NCBI GenBank assembly: GCA_012862495.1
Contig: BLSG01000235.1
Location: 206,152-262,447 of the forward strand
Source: Thraustochytrium aureum
Lineage: Eukaryota
Reading direction: 5' to 3'
Length of the DNA: 56,296 bases
Shown piece by piece: positions 56,038-56,296 of this stretch. A program made the translations under genes and the position numbers. The notes under the pieces are model-generated. The model worked only from the letters and a program-made list of their open reading frames with translations, had not been told where the DNA came from and ran no database searches. Within the stretch, counting starts at the first letter, position 1, and every line of letters starts with the position of its first letter.

Positions 56038-56066
56038 CAGAACAGAACAGAACAGAACAGAACAGA
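56038..56066. repeat. (AACAG)n microsatellite
   Basis: Visible pentanucleotide run. Confidence 0.9.
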
Positions 56067-56082
56067 AATTCAGAGCAGAGCT

Positions 56083-56296
56083 CTAGGTAGAGGTAGCTGG
56101 CTGGCTGTGAGTGAGTTCGCGTTCCCTCTGCTCTGCGAGTCGCTCGCGCGTTCTCAGCTCATCATCAGGGCGAGGCGCTGTGAGGAGGTGGGCGGGATCC
56201 TCCTGCGCGAAGAGGTGGCGCGTTTGTGAGGCAAGGGCAGAGAGGCCGAACTGCAGGAGAGCAGCAGACACCGTTCGAGGCAGGGCAGCGAGCAAC
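56083..56296 (-). CDS. Possible 3' end of a gene entering from beyond the window
   Basis: Open frame from the window edge to a TAG at 56083; no motif recognised. Confidence 0.35.
   Translation of the reverse strand, partial: LLAALPRTVSAALLQFGLSALASQTRHLFAQEDPAHLLTAPRPDDELRTRERLAEQRERELTHSQPATST

Overview
GC-rich, gene-dense eukaryotic nuclear DNA from a gapped draft scaffold with many N runs and no obvious introns. Gene content and style suggest a protist, probably a stramenopile such as a labyrinthulomycete (inference). About 25 coding loci are visible. They include a secreted FN3/beta-repeat surface protein, myosin I, a TPR protein, a UBA-ankyrin-methyltransferase protein, an mRNA capping guanylyltransferase apparently fused to a cap N7-methyltransferase, a PA-domain 7TM protein, phytochelatin synthase, a GDP-sugar transporter, TSR2, an aldo-keto reductase ending in HSEL, zinc-finger proteins, an ATP-grasp ligase, a cNMP-binding protein, a TPR plus prefoldin locus, proteasome Rpt2, a PAN/apple protein, a MORN protein and mitochondrial L32. 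Seven single-base frameshifts in otherwise intact genes all sit at or beside short homopolymers and are most likely sequencing errors. The best candidate for new biology is the capping enzyme: a GTase-MTase fusion with a KxNG motif I and a PAM2-like (PABP-binding) motif in the linker, which could indicate a PABP-tethered cytoplasmic (re)capping enzyme. Also notable are a possible TPR-prefoldin fusion and a ~500 bp non-coding array of inverted CCCTCT/AGAGGG motifs. No tRNA, rRNA or CRISPR array was recognised.
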